Positions 20,968 to 33,281 of a stretch of DNA of 52,569 nucleotides are shown here, one piece after another. The translations under genes and the position numbers were made by a program. The DNA lies in the NCBI GenBank assembly GCA_021161185.1, contig JAGHBC010000083.1:1-52569 (forward strand). Reading direction: 5' to 3'. The notes beneath the pieces are model-generated. The model saw nothing but the letters and a program-made list of their open reading frames with translations. It did not search any database and was not told the origin of the DNA. Positions within the stretch are counted from its first letter, which is position 1. Every line of letters begins with the position of its first letter. Origin of the DNA: Fidelibacterota bacterium (lineage in GTDB: Bacteria; Fidelibacterota; UBA2242).

Positions 20968-22227
20968 CTACTGATTCATGGATTTGAGAAATTCACGGTT
21001 ACTCTTGGCCCGTTTCATGCGCTCCAGTAAAAATTCCATCGCTTCAACTGAATTCATTTCACTTAAAAGCTTTCGTAAAACCCAGACCCGTGCCAGTTCG
21101 GCTGGTGATAGTAGCAGTTCCTCCTTACGGGTTCCCGAACGATTCACATCAATAGATGGAAAAACACGTCGGTCGCTAAGACGGCGATCCAGCACCAGCT
21201 CCATATTACCGGTTCCCTTAAACTCTTCAAAAATCACATCGTCCATTCGGCTACCGGTATCAATGAGAGCGGTGGCAACGATCGTTAAGCTGCCGCCATT
21301 TTCAATATTTCGAGCCGCTCCGAAAAATCGTTTGGGGTGGTGCAAGGCATTAGCGTCTATACCACCGGAAAGTATTTTTCCACTATGCGGCACCACGGCG
21401 TTATGCGCTCTTGCCAGTCTCGTTATACTGTCCAGCAAAATCACTACGTGGAAACCCAATTCAACCATTCGTTTGGCTTTTTCCAAAACCATGCTTGCCA
21501 CCTGAACATGCCGCTCCGGCGGTTCATCAAAAGTTGAGCTGATAACCTCCGCATTCACAGAACGCTCCATGTCGGTCACCTCTTCGGGCCTCTCATCGAT
21601 TAAAAGCACCATCAGAACAATTTCCGGATGGTTGGTCGTAATACTGTTCGCAATCTGCTGCAATAATGTTGTTTTACCGGTTTTCGGTTGAGCCACAATC
21701 AGCCCTCTTTGACCCTTGCCAATCGGGCATAGCAAATCCAGAACACGCATGGAAATATTATGACTATCTGTCTCCAGCACAATTCTGCTCTGCGGATAGA
21801 GCGGGGTAAGAGAATCAAACTTCTTTTTGGATTTGACGATCTCGGGGTCCACCATGTTTACAGCGTCCACACGAAGTAAGGCGAAAAACCTTTCATTGTC
21901 TTTGGGTGGGCGAATCTGCCCGGAAACAAGATGACCGGTCTGCAACCCAAATCGCTTGATTTGTGAGGGTGATATATAGACATCGTCAGGTCCTGGCAGA
22001 TAACTTAATTCTTCGGATCTCAGAAATCCATATCCTTCGTCCATTACCTGCAAAACACCCTGCGAAAAAATCCGGCCCTCTTTTTTAGCATTGGCTTCAA
22101 GAATTTTATAAATCAAATCTATCTTCTTAAGGCCCGTATGCTCCGGAATTTCCAGTTTTACGGCAAGATCGGTCAATTCTTTTATTTTCATAGATTGCAG
22201 AGATGCAATCGTCAACTCTTCGTCCAT
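20968..22227 (-). CDS. rho: Transcription termination factor Rho
   Basis: Rho N-terminal/CSD region ([14 protein letters not shown]), Walker A ([11 protein letters not shown]) and an RecA-like ATPase core. Confidence 0.95.
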   Translation of the reverse strand: MDEELTIASLQSMKIKELTDLAVKLEIPEHTGLKKIDLIYKILEANAKKEGRIFSQGVLQVMDEGYGFLRSEELSYLPGPDDVYISPSQIKRFGLQTGHLVSGQIRPPKDNERFFALLRVDAVNMVDPEIVKSKKKFDSLTPLYPQSRIVLETDSHNISMRVLDLLCPIGKGQRGLIVAQPKTGKTTLLQQIANSITTNHPEIVLMVLLIDERPEEVTDMERSVNAEVISSTFDEPPERHVQVASMVLEKAKRMVELGFHVVILLDSITRLARAHNAVVPHSGKILSGGIDANALHHPKRFFGAARNIENGGSLTIVATALIDTGSRMDDVIFEEFKGTGNMELVLDRRLSDRRVFPSIDVNRSGTRKEELLLSPAELARVWVLRKLLSEMNSVEAMEFLLERMKRAKSNREFLKSMNQ

Positions 22228-22341
22228 TATTAATCCTTTATTATTAATAGAATAAGTTCAAAAATTATTTCATCGTTGGTAGATCAGAAAGTGCAGCTAA
22301 TTAGTGAAACGCAAATAATTTAAATTATAGTTCCCTATTTG

Positions 22342-23640
22342 TCAAACATTTATTTTGAAAAAATTGTATACAAGTGGAGCAATGTAATGGCTGCCAAGAA
22401 TTATAAGGTTATCCGCACTCTTTAGTTTTGCCGTAACCCCGGGCAGTAAATCCTCCATGCATTCATTTACACATATCTTTTCTGCAGAAATATCTTTTTT
22501 TAATTCTGCCGCAATGTCCCTTGCTCGCGCCGACTTATTATTCGGGATTTCGGTAACATATACCCGATCGGCAATTTCATTCAGGGTTTTTCCCAGATGA
22601 GCGATTTTCTTTTTTTGTCCCAGGGCTAAAATTATCTGTACTTTTTGGCCCGGAATGATTTTTTCCAACGTCGCAACAATCGGCCTTATACCGTATATAT
22701 TATGACCAACATCATACAGAATTAGCGGTTCCCGGGATAACACCTCCAGGCGACCACGCCAGCAAACGGATTCAATCCCTTTTTTAATTTGCTCCGGTGA
22801 TGCGGGAAATTTTTTTAACAAATGAATCGCGGAAACGGCGGTCTGGAGATTTACAAGCTGGTGTAGCCCGGTCAGGGAAAACTGAACAGGATTCAATTGT
22901 GTCGCGCCAATTTGAATATTCACCTGCATTCCGTCAAAGGAGAGATGTTTCGCCGATATGCCACATAAATCGGGAGCATAAAACCAGATTGCCGATCGTT
23001 TAGTAATTTCCCCCCTGAGGGTCTGTTTTACAGAAGAAGTTTGTTTAGCTACCAAACAGGGAATATTCGGTTTTGCTATTCCGGCTTTTTCAAAGGCGAT
23101 TTTTGACAATGTGTTACCTAAAAACTCTTCATGGTCTTTACCAATGGGGGTAATAACGGAAAGAATGGGAGTAACAACATTAGTGGCGTCTAATCGTCCG
23201 CCAAGCCCCGTTTCCAGCACCATAACATCTACCTGCTGCCGATAAAAATGCTCAAAAGCCAGCGCGGTAGTCGTCTCGAAAAAAGTGGCGTCCAATTCGT
23301 CAATCAATGCCCGGTAGCGCTGCAAAAAATCTAAAATATCAATATCGCTGATTTTTTCATCATTAATTCGAATCCGTTCATTAAAGCGCACTAGATGAGG
23401 CGAGGTGTATAACCCAACCCGGTACCCGGCTGCACGGAGTACCGCCGCGATGACGGCGCAAGTAGACCCCTTTCCGTTGGTTCCGGCGACATGGATGGCG
23501 GGAATATTGCGGTGAGGATTCCCCATCCGGTCAAGCAAAGATTCAATCCGCTTCAAGCCGGGTTTTATGCCTTTGCCATCGAGGGCATAAAGATATTGCA
23601 GGTTTTTTTGTAGAAGCAATTCGTTGAAATTTTTTTCCAT
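22342..23640 (-). CDS. folC: Bifunctional folylpolyglutamate synthase / dihydrofolate synthase
   Basis: Mur-ligase P-loop HVAGTNGKGST. YTSPHLVRFNERI is typical of FolC. Confidence 0.85.
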   Translation of the reverse strand: MEKNFNELLLQKNLQYLYALDGKGIKPGLKRIESLLDRMGNPHRNIPAIHVAGTNGKGSTCAVIAAVLRAAGYRVGLYTSPHLVRFNERIRINDEKISDIDILDFLQRYRALIDELDATFFETTTALAFEHFYRQQVDVMVLETGLGGRLDATNVVTPILSVITPIGKDHEEFLGNTLSKIAFEKAGIAKPNIPCLVAKQTSSVKQTLRGEITKRSAIWFYAPDLCGISAKHLSFDGMQVNIQIGATQLNPVQFSLTGLHQLVNLQTAVSAIHLLKKFPASPEQIKKGIESVCWRGRLEVLSREPLILYDVGHNIYGIRPIVATLEKIIPGQKVQIILALGQKKKIAHLGKTLNEIADRVYVTEIPNNKSARARDIAAELKKDISAEKICVNECMEDLLPGVTAKLKSADNLIILGSHYIAPLVYNFFKINV

Positions 23641-24479
23641 TAAACGCCGTTTTCAAGGGCAATGTGGTGCACGTTAACGAGTGGACGTCCCAACAATCGC
23701 CGGGCAATCTCCTCAAATTTCTGGGGAAAATCACTGACATAAAACAGGTGTTCGGGTTTATGGCTGCTTTCGTTCAGGATTTTATGAGATCGCAGGGTGT
23801 TTCGTACTTCCACTGCGGTTTCTATAGCGCTGTCAATAATTTGCACATTGCCGTTAACTACTTTTTTTATTGTTGCTTTGATGATGGGATAGTGAGTACA
23901 TCCTAAAATAAGACCGGCAATATTTTTCCCCATCAGGGGCTTGAGATAAATCGCCGCCACCTCCTCGGTGACCGGCGAATCAATCCAGCCCTCTTCAACC
24001 AGTGGCACAAACAGCGGGCAGGCCTTTGAAAACACTTCAACGGAGCTATCCAGGGATTTTAATACGGCTTCATATTTACCGGCAGATACTGTAGCCGATG
24101 TACCGATTACCCCAATCCGTTTGCCACCACTATCCCTGAGAGCCGCCCGAGCGCCCGGTTCAATCACACCGATCACCGGAATTCTGACAGACTCTTTTAT
24201 CTCATCTAATGCAACGCTGGACGCCGTGTTACAGGCAACAACAATAAGCTTAACGCCCTGCTGCTGTAAAAAGCGGGCTATCTGAACTGAAAACTTTTGA
24301 ATGGTTAACGGGCTTTTACTTCCATAGGGAACCCGGGCGGTGTCACCAAAATAGACGATGGATTCATCGGGCAGATGGTTCATTAATTGGTTCACTACCG
24401 TTAGACCACCGAGACCGGAATCAAACACACCAATCGGCTGTTGTCGTAAATTATTAATTTTCAGAGATGGACTTATCAC
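23640..24479 (-). CDS. murI: Glutamate racemase
   Basis: IGVFDSGLGGLTV..., VVACNTAS and LGCTHYP carry the two catalytic Cys. TAATG stop/start overlap with folC. Confidence 0.9.
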   Translation of the reverse strand: MISPSLKINNLRQQPIGVFDSGLGGLTVVNQLMNHLPDESIVYFGDTARVPYGSKSPLTIQKFSVQIARFLQQQGVKLIVVACNTASSVALDEIKESVRIPVIGVIEPGARAALRDSGGKRIGVIGTSATVSAGKYEAVLKSLDSSVEVFSKACPLFVPLVEEGWIDSPVTEEVAAIYLKPLMGKNIAGLILGCTHYPIIKATIKKVVNGNVQIIDSAIETAVEVRNTLRSHKILNESSHKPEHLFYVSDFPQKFEEIARRLLGRPLVNVHHIALENGV

Positions 24480-26016
24480 ACACCTCCTTAAATTCTAAAA
24501 TACTTTTATAAATCGTTTCGGCAATCTTTTGGCGATGCCGGCTACTATTTAATTTTCTAGCTTCCGCCTTATTGGAATTGAAGCCTAATTCACATAGCAA
24601 TTTCGGCATATCGGCGTCCACCAGCACATAGAATCCCGCCTGTTTAACCCCGCGGTTTTTCTGGCTGACATTTTCGGTAAAATTTCTCGAAAGTATTCCC
24701 GCAAACAGCTCGCTGTCTCGCATGTTTACCGAGTGAACCATATTGGCTAAAATATTGGTAATATCATCATAGCCGGCGTATTTGGCTTTATCGGCAGCAT
24801 CTTCGAGATGAATAACCGCATTTTCCGCTTCCGCTACTTTTATGGCATCTTCCGACCTTCCGGGGCGAAGCAGGTAAAATTCCACGCCATTGGCGGAACT
24901 GTTTCGAGCAAGACCGTTAACATGCAGGCTGATAAAGAGCTTCCCTCCGGATTTATTCGCAATGTCCGAACGTTTCCAGAGAGGCACAAAGATATCTTTT
25001 TTACGAGTATAAACCACTTTAAGATTGCTGTTCTTTTTGAGCAGCTTTCCCACTCTAAGAGCAACGTCTAGCACTATATCCTTTTCATGCATGTAGCCCC
25101 ATCTGCCGGGGGTCCCGGGATCTTTCCCGCCGTGCCCCGGATCCAGAACAATGGTGTCAATTATCCAGGCGCTTTTAGCTGCTTCAATTTTACGCTTGAT
25201 GTCCTGGTTTGGCGGCAAAAATAGCGATAACAATATACTCCTGCTGCGAAGATCGTAATGCACCTCGGCAGACTTGAATTGGCGCCTCAGCCGAAAGCCC
25301 AACTGAACCGACGACCCCGTCGTGACAGCCTCGACTCTCAGAAATGAATTGGTGGGTTTTATCGACGATAAAGCTGTGGAATCACAACTTGCGCCATAGA
25401 TTGTAAGATAAAACCATTCGTCCCCTTTGAAAAAATTCGAGAAATCCGAATCCTGAAAAGTACCCTGAGCGGCGATTTTTACCGTAACCCCATTAGCTTT
25501 TTCTTCATAGCGTATTTCCGTTAAACGCACCAGACCGGCATTTTTTACTGTTGAGGTCGTAATTACAGCAGATTGATTCACCCGGTTCTCTTTTACAAAA
25601 TATTCTTCAGAACCGGCGGCAATCGAGTATTGCAGACCCGGTATCGTGTTTTCTTTCATTAGCGTCATAAACGTTTTAACCGGAGCAAATATCTCTTTAT
25701 CAATCAACAAGGCGGGTTGAGGCATCTGCATAAGCCGGGCATCAAACATAATAAAAGAACTGTTAGCCGTAATCTTGACCCTGCTTTTCGGAAAAAAGAG
25801 TACGATTTTCCCGCTTTCCTTGCGATAATAAGTCCTGACATTAAACGCTCTGGAGAAATCCTCTACGGAAACATATTTGGTTTTGTTGACGGAAAGCACC
25901 TTTATTGAGTGATTCGGATCTTTCAGAACCGGATATACAACGGTCAGTTGTTCCGCGGGAATACTTTGCAGCAATGTAATCAGAAGAATTAAAATTGTAA
26001 TCAGTTTAATTTTCAT
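24454..26016 (-). CDS. N-acetylmuramoyl-L-alanine amidase (Amidase_3 type) with N-terminal non-catalytic domains
   Basis: IVLDPGHGGKDPG...ISLHVNG...GVKQAGFYVL motifs. Start moved to MKIKLITILILL (ATG at 26016), which gives a signal peptide. Confidence 0.8.
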   Translation of the reverse strand: MKIKLITILILLITLLQSIPAEQLTVVYPVLKDPNHSIKVLSVNKTKYVSVEDFSRAFNVRTYYRKESGKIVLFFPKSRVKITANSSFIMFDARLMQMPQPALLIDKEIFAPVKTFMTLMKENTIPGLQYSIAAGSEEYFVKENRVNQSAVITTSTVKNAGLVRLTEIRYEEKANGVTVKIAAQGTFQDSDFSNFFKGDEWFYLTIYGASCDSTALSSIKPTNSFLRVEAVTTGSSVQLGFRLRRQFKSAEVHYDLRSRSILLSLFLPPNQDIKRKIEAAKSAWIIDTIVLDPGHGGKDPGTPGRWGYMHEKDIVLDVALRVGKLLKKNSNLKVVYTRKKDIFVPLWKRSDIANKSGGKLFISLHVNGLARNSSANGVEFYLLRPGRSEDAIKVAEAENAVIHLEDAADKAKYAGYDDITNILANMVHSVNMRDSELFAGILSRNFTENVSQKNRGVKQAGFYVLVDADMPKLLCELGFNSNKAEARKLNSSRHRQKIAETIYKSILEFKEVCDKSISEN

Positions 26017-26047
26017 AAAAACCGGCGGGAAATTACGAACTACATAT

Positions 26048-27907
26048 TCATAAATCAACCAACATCTGAAATTCAACGATGAAAGAATTGTGAAACCGGT
26101 TTTCCGTAATGCGCCGTTTTGACTGGGTTTTCACAGTTGCAACCAGATCTATTCTTTCCCTAAACTCTTGCCGGACCGTCATGAACCAGCGATAACCGGT
26201 TCCGTATAAAGACACCATATTAAACCGCAATGGCGTTCCCGGCTCAAACAGATAAACTCTTGTATCATTTGAAGGACAGTAAAAATGGGTGGTTCCGGCG
26301 GTTATTTGCAAACCCTTTGATTGCTCATATGCCGAGTAGAGACATATTCCCGAACCAATATTTTTTATCCCCACTGAATTGGATCGCACGACAACGCCTC
26401 TTGAAGAAAACCAAAAATATTTCATAAAATAATAACGCCAAGAAAAGGATATCTGATCCTTCAAAATATCCTCGCCGGCTGATTGATAAGTCAGGACGCG
26501 TTTAAGCCGGATGTCTATAAAGTGTCGTTTTTTCCATCGGCGGTGAACGGATAATAATGCCTCCGTCCCCTTTGGAGGGTTGACGCCCGCCTCAAAGGAC
26601 CGATTCTTGGCAAAAAAATCTACATACGCGCTCACCTGGTAAAAACTGAGCAGCTTTGTCGACAGACCTGCATATAAACCCTTTTCATTTGAAGGAGTCG
26701 CGGGAAATTCCTTCACTGCCCCGGAATTGGATGTAAAAAATTGATCGGAGAAGTAGCGGGCTTGCAGACCGGCTTTGATCCCGCCCTGACGGAGTATACA
26801 GCCCTGGATAACTGCAAATTCCCCGGAATTAAGAAACGCGCCCTCACCGGAAAAAACCCAATCTCCGAATGAAAATTTTTGATAGACGGAATACCCCTGC
26901 ACATAATTATTACCGAAATAATACTTTAGCGAATGCGAATATTGCGAACGAAACGCCAGAGCACCCCATTGATTATCCCCTGAGGCATAAAGCAATCCGA
27001 CGCCGAGTGTTTTCTCTGTTATTGCACCTTTCCCCGATAATTCTCCTTCGGAAACATGGATGCCGGACGTCCGGAAGGAGCCATATCCCGAATCAGAGAT
27101 CGCAGCATCCAAGCAATGGTTTGACGCCATTGAATAAAATGTAAATCCGCCCTTTCTGCAAGTAAAATTGACTCCACTCAGATACCGGTTTTCATCGGAT
27201 CCTAAATATGCTCCAAATTGCTGGGCTCGGGAAAGAATAGTGCTGACAACATTAAGGCTCTTTCTCGGCATGCCGTTGCGGGAAAAGAGCAAACCGTGGC
27301 CCCAGTTGAAGCGAAATGCGGCGGCGCCCAATTCTACACCATAGGAGACAACAGGTATCTGTAATGATACATTGCGGTAATCCCAAAGATTTCGTTCGCC
27401 CGCATCTTTTTCTGCAACAATTCCAAACATACCGCCGTCTTTATAATAGATTTTTCCACGGGCCAGGTTTTTATTTACATCAAGCTCAGGATCGGATGCC
27501 ATAGATGTAAAGTTTAACAATGAAATTCGATTTGGACCTGGTTTTTGATCAAATCTGAAAAACAGCTTAACGATTTCCACTTCTTCTCGCTCCAGCCCGG
27601 TTTTTTGGGCAAAATCAGCCCAGTCTCGGATCGAAATTTTGCGGGTTTTCAGATTGAGCAGCGGTTCTTTTAATCGCTCTGATAAGGGCAATACTTCAAT
27701 CTCGGCGACGCTACAATTTTCCCAAATCAGAGGATTGGTCGTGAATTGCTCAAGATAGGATTCAATCTCATCAGCGGTAACATTTTCAAAATCCAGAAAT
27801 TGATCCAGCAGTGCTTCCGATAATAAATTTTCGGCAACCAGAGAGTCCATTAGCATAAGCATAACAGACACACACAGGAACAGCTTTTTCAGAAACAAAT
27901 TCCACAT
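26048..27907 (-). CDS. Hypothetical outer-membrane protein (619 aa), predicted large beta-barrel
   Basis: Signal peptide and a helical N-terminal region, followed by a long stretch of alternating aromatic/glycine beta-strand pattern. No family recognised. Confidence 0.45.
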   Translation of the reverse strand: MWNLFLKKLFLCVSVMLMLMDSLVAENLLSEALLDQFLDFENVTADEIESYLEQFTTNPLIWENCSVAEIEVLPLSERLKEPLLNLKTRKISIRDWADFAQKTGLEREEVEIVKLFFRFDQKPGPNRISLLNFTSMASDPELDVNKNLARGKIYYKDGGMFGIVAEKDAGERNLWDYRNVSLQIPVVSYGVELGAAAFRFNWGHGLLFSRNGMPRKSLNVVSTILSRAQQFGAYLGSDENRYLSGVNFTCRKGGFTFYSMASNHCLDAAISDSGYGSFRTSGIHVSEGELSGKGAITEKTLGVGLLYASGDNQWGALAFRSQYSHSLKYYFGNNYVQGYSVYQKFSFGDWVFSGEGAFLNSGEFAVIQGCILRQGGIKAGLQARYFSDQFFTSNSGAVKEFPATPSNEKGLYAGLSTKLLSFYQVSAYVDFFAKNRSFEAGVNPPKGTEALLSVHRRWKKRHFIDIRLKRVLTYQSAGEDILKDQISFSWRYYFMKYFWFSSRGVVVRSNSVGIKNIGSGICLYSAYEQSKGLQITAGTTHFYCPSNDTRVYLFEPGTPLRFNMVSLYGTGYRWFMTVRQEFRERIDLVATVKTQSKRRITENRFHNSFIVEFQMLVDL

Positions 27908-28683
27908 CCGCAGTAAATCGTGTAGGGCAGGACCATATGATGGAGAAAAGCCGCATCAATTTGAAGCCCTTTCCAGTGGAACGACACGCCACATGAAAAA
28001 CGGTCGGGATTTAGCTGTACGCCCGTCGCAATATCAAGCGCCGGACAAATTTTCAAACACAATCCCGTTCGTGGTGAAAATGGAAACTCCGTATCCTTGT
28101 ATAATTCGGCGCACCACTCTATTTTGGGATGTAATGTGGCTTGCATTCCAAATATGAGGCATTCCGGTAAATGGTCGGCATTTGAGTATATGTCCGGACT
28201 ATTGACATTCTGGAACAAAATCGCAAACTTAAATGAATCTGTTAAATAATATTTTGTGCCGACAGTCAATCCAAACGCCCCGGATTCATTGAACCCTGTT
28301 ATAGATATATGATAATAATTGACCATTATTCCCACAGAAAGAATTTCGGTAAACTTCCGGGCATAGGATATTTCCAAAGTTTTTTCCTGATAAATAGAAT
28401 TCCCAAAGGACTTTAAACCAATCCCGGCATACCGTTGTTTGGCTGAAGTCCAGCCCATTTGCACATCGAAGTAATCCAACCCTTTGATTCCATAAAGCCG
28501 GCTGTAATCAAAACGTATAAATCTACCGGAAATTTCCGTATTAGCGGCAGGATTCAGGGCATAATAGTGCAGTGAACCGACATTTCCCCGGGCAATCACA
28601 CAAGGATTAATCGTTTGTAATTCAAATGCGGCATAGCTTACCGTAATGCTTAAAAATATTACTGCAATAAGATTCCGAGTCAT
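27889..28683 (-). CDS. Hypothetical outer-membrane beta-barrel, weakly PorV/PorQ-like
   Basis: Signal peptide from MTRNLIAVIFLSITVSYA. ARGNVGSLHYYALNPAAN is reminiscent of the ARxxxMGGA...NPAGL signature. 19-nt overlap with the downstream gene. Confidence 0.4.
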   Translation of the reverse strand: MTRNLIAVIFLSITVSYAAFELQTINPCVIARGNVGSLHYYALNPAANTEISGRFIRFDYSRLYGIKGLDYFDVQMGWTSAKQRYAGIGLKSFGNSIYQEKTLEISYARKFTEILSVGIMVNYYHISITGFNESGAFGLTVGTKYYLTDSFKFAILFQNVNSPDIYSNADHLPECLIFGMQATLHPKIEWCAELYKDTEFPFSPRTGLCLKICPALDIATGVQLNPDRFSCGVSFHWKGLQIDAAFLHHMVLPYTIYCGCGICF

Positions 28684-29070
28684 TCTAAAAAGCAAAACCC
28701 TTTTACTATTTCCGGTTAATAGCAAAATATTTAAAAAGAAATCGCAGACCGTGACATTTCAGCTGTCCGGCACTCTTCCCGTTTATTCTATCAATGTATC
28801 AACGCGCTCGGAAACAATATCCGGATATTGCCCGACGCGTCGGTTACCTCAATTACTTTTTCTTTTTTGCTTTTTTAGCGCCGTCATCTTGATCTCTTTA
28901 CCAGAATATCGTTTCAATTTTCGGGCAATCGGGATAAAAAAACGAATTTACCGGACATATCCTGATCATCATACCTATCAATGTGACAACTCCAATCTAA
29001 ATCCATATAGAATGCCTAAAGTTGCATTAACTATTTGTGTAAATTTATAACTTTATTTGGAAAATAAATA

Positions 29071-30710
<1,640 letters not shown>

Positions 30711-31020
30711 TTATTATTTTTACAATTTCAGCAATGAAATCAAGCGTAAATTTACTCACTGCTTCTCAGATTGTCAATGACAGTGCTGAAAACTTTTCAT
30801 AAGGAAAAATGACGAGGGATGCCGGATATGCGTCGATATAAACATACGATCTCATTAATAATTTCCTCCTTACTCACAATCTCACCATCACATTTTCTTA
30901 TTGTGATTCTCTTCCAAAAAACCTTATAATAGAACTATAATTGCCAAAACGTAACCTTTTGCCGTATATTTGATCAATTAAAACGAACCTTCAGATAATT
31001 TTACAACGAGGAGAATTTAT

Positions 31021-31947
31021 ATGAACGACAATCTCTATGATGTGGTCATTATTGGCGGCGGTCCGGCAGGCTTTACCTCGGGAATCTATACCGCCCGAGA
31101 AAAACTTGACACCGTTTTATTGGAAAAATCTATGACCGGCGGCTTACCAAACGTAACCGATTTAATAGAAAATTACCCGGGTTTTCCAGAGGGTATTACC
31201 GGACCCGATTTAATGATAAAATTCAGACAGCAGGCTGAAAAATTCGCTGTGAAAATCCACGAATATGATGAGGTTCTATCTATCATCCCCGGCGATAAAT
31301 ACCATAACGTTCAGACCGAAAAGAAAGAATATAAAACCAAAACCGTGATTATCGCTTCCGGCGGTCTGCCGCGCATGCTGAATGTGCCGGGAGAGAAGGA
31401 ATTTACCGGCAAGGGCGTATCCTATTGCGCCACCTGCGACGGACCTTTTTATAAAGATGCCGAAGTAGCCGTTGTCGGCGGTGGCAACGCCGCTATTCAG
31501 GAGGCAATTTTTCTGACGAAATTCGCCCGTAAAGTAACAGTGATTCATCGCCGCAACCAGCTGCGTGCTGCCCCAATTCTACAACAACGGGCATTTGCCA
31601 ACAAGAAAATCAATTTCCTTTGGGACTCCGTTCCCGTCAAAATTACCGGGAATAACTTTGTAGAGGGTCTGGAAGTAAAAAATGTGAAAACCGGAGAGAT
31701 CAGCCTGGAAAAATTTGACGGTGTATTCGTATTTATCGGCTGGGTCCCCAATACTGAATTTGTCAAAGGTCTGCTTGATCTCGATAGTGAGGGGCATATT
31801 ATTACCGACCAATACATGAACACCTCGCTTCCGGGAATTTTTGCCGTAGGTGACGTGCGCTCTAAAAAATTCCGTCAAATCGCCGAAGCTGTTGGAGATG
31901 CCACGGTCGGCGCGCTTTCCGCCTCAGAATACATCAGTGAATTATAG
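31021..31947 (+). CDS. trxB: Thioredoxin-disulfide reductase
   Basis: FAD motif IIGGGPAG, redox CATCDG, NADPH motif VVGGGNAA and FAVGDV. Confidence 0.9.
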   Translation: MNDNLYDVVIIGGGPAGFTSGIYTAREKLDTVLLEKSMTGGLPNVTDLIENYPGFPEGITGPDLMIKFRQQAEKFAVKIHEYDEVLSIIPGDKYHNVQTEKKEYKTKTVIIASGGLPRMLNVPGEKEFTGKGVSYCATCDGPFYKDAEVAVVGGGNAAIQEAIFLTKFARKVTVIHRRNQLRAAPILQQRAFANKKINFLWDSVPVKITGNNFVEGLEVKNVKTGEISLEKFDGVFVFIGWVPNTEFVKGLLDLDSEGHIITDQYMNTSLPGIFAVGDVRSKKFRQIAEAVGDATVGALSASEYISEL

Positions 31948-32009
31948 GAAGCGCTGATGAATTTATGCGCTAAATATTTACAGCACCTTTAATCATTGGA
32001 AGCTTGTAA

Positions 32010-33173
32010 ATGAAACGATTATACTATTTGATCCAAATCTTTTTCCTGATCCGGATCAGCGGCATTATCACGATTGCTTGTACCACCGGACTTGCTCACA
32101 GTAGCGCCACCGCGACCGGCAGCGCACTATTGTGGAAAAACCGCGATTCCGGTTTCAGGAATAATGAAGTGGCTTTTTTCAGGAAGAATGATATCTCGTG
32201 TATGGGCATAATTAATGCCGATGATACAACCCAGATTTGGGCAGGAGTAAATAATTATGGTTTTGCCATCATGAATGCCGAATCGAAAGATATGGCAGTC
32301 CCCGGCGAAAATACACAGTTCGACGACGAAGGGGTCTGGATGAAAACGGCTCTGCTGAATTGCAAAACCATTGATGACTTTGAGAACATGCTAATTGAGA
32401 CTAATGAAACGGGGCGAAAAGTCACCAGCAATTTTGGTGTTATAGACGCTTCCGGAAACGCCGTGTTTTTTGAGACCGGCAATCATGAATATTTTCGGTT
32501 TAACAGCTACAACCCGGAAACGCCACAAGATTCATGGTTAATCAGGGCAAACTTCGCCGACAGCGCCCGCTCCGATGAAGGCTATGGAAAAATCCGCTAT
32601 GGTCGAGCCGCTAATCTGTTTAAAAAAGCCATTGATCATAATCAGTTGTCCTGTGAATACATTATTTCCAATATTGCCCGGGACGTCCACCTGCCGGATT
32701 CTCTGCTACCCTCAAACACAAAAACCACTTCTTTGCGAAAAACTCAGGATACGGTCAACCGTTATCGCACAGTATCCAGCGCCGTCTTCGATGGCTGCGA
32801 CCCACGGTTTACCACGTTCTGGTGTACCCCGGGTGAGCCGGTAGCGTCAATTTCCATTCCGCTTTGGGTATATTCCGGTCGGGTACCGTCAGTCCTGGAT
32901 TCTGTTTCGGGGTCACCGTTGAATCTGAAATTTCAGGAGATCAGGCGTTATTTATATCCTAAAGATAAATTAATCGATGTGTCACGATTAAAACGCATTC
33001 AGCCGCTTCTCGATCATGGACAAAAGCAGATCTTTCGGAAAACACAAAGAGCGCTGAAAAGCTGGCGCAAAACCAATCCAACCCCGGAAGACGTGGCTCT
33101 TTTTCAGGATCAAATGGCAGGCATTGCCGTTAAAACAGCCCGTAAAGTATTGCGATTGATTAAAAATAATTAG
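32010..33173 (+). CDS. Putative Ntn-hydrolase-fold cysteine amidase (C45/CBAH-like), secreted or lipoprotein
   Basis: Hydrophobic leader ending ...IITIA|CTTGLAHSSATATGSALLWKNRDS, then GVNNYGFAIMN. The pattern C-T...G....[KR]N[RE]D and G.N..G is typical of N-terminal-Cys hydrolases. Confidence 0.5.
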   Translation: MKRLYYLIQIFFLIRISGIITIACTTGLAHSSATATGSALLWKNRDSGFRNNEVAFFRKNDISCMGIINADDTTQIWAGVNNYGFAIMNAESKDMAVPGENTQFDDEGVWMKTALLNCKTIDDFENMLIETNETGRKVTSNFGVIDASGNAVFFETGNHEYFRFNSYNPETPQDSWLIRANFADSARSDEGYGKIRYGRAANLFKKAIDHNQLSCEYIISNIARDVHLPDSLLPSNTKTTSLRKTQDTVNRYRTVSSAVFDGCDPRFTTFWCTPGEPVASISIPLWVYSGRVPSVLDSVSGSPLNLKFQEIRRYLYPKDKLIDVSRLKRIQPLLDHGQKQIFRKTQRALKSWRKTNPTPEDVALFQDQMAGIAVKTARKVLRLIKNN

Positions 33174-33189
33174 GATTTGTCCATTAACC

Positions 33190-33237
33190 CTAAATCTGAA
33201 ACAGATCGTTAAAAACACATCGTCTCAAAGGGATGCC
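33190..33237. repeat. Direct repeat copy 1 (24-bp perfect core tcgttaaaaacacatcgtctcaaa)
   Basis: Imperfect ~48-bp match to 33437-33485. The perfect core is 33206-33229, matching 33453-33476. Confidence 0.7.
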
Positions 33238-33281
33238 TGTCCTGCGAATCCCGCCCGGCAGCCGCCGGGAGAAGCAGGGGT

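Noticed and set aside
28646-29050. 134-aa plus-strand ORF filling the ftsB / OM-barrel intergenic region.
   Set aside because: It starts inside the minus-strand barrel gene, has no RBS or recognisable motif, and its composition looks like translated AT-rich spacer. The region is more likely the promoter region of the minus-strand OM/amidase operon.
31948-31978. CTGATGA flanked by AGCGC...GCGCT after trxB; considered as a hammerhead-like core or a terminator.
   Set aside because: There is no GAAA/stem II-III arrangement for a hammerhead. As a terminator, the stem is only 5 bp with a 13-nt loop and no T-run. Too weak to call.
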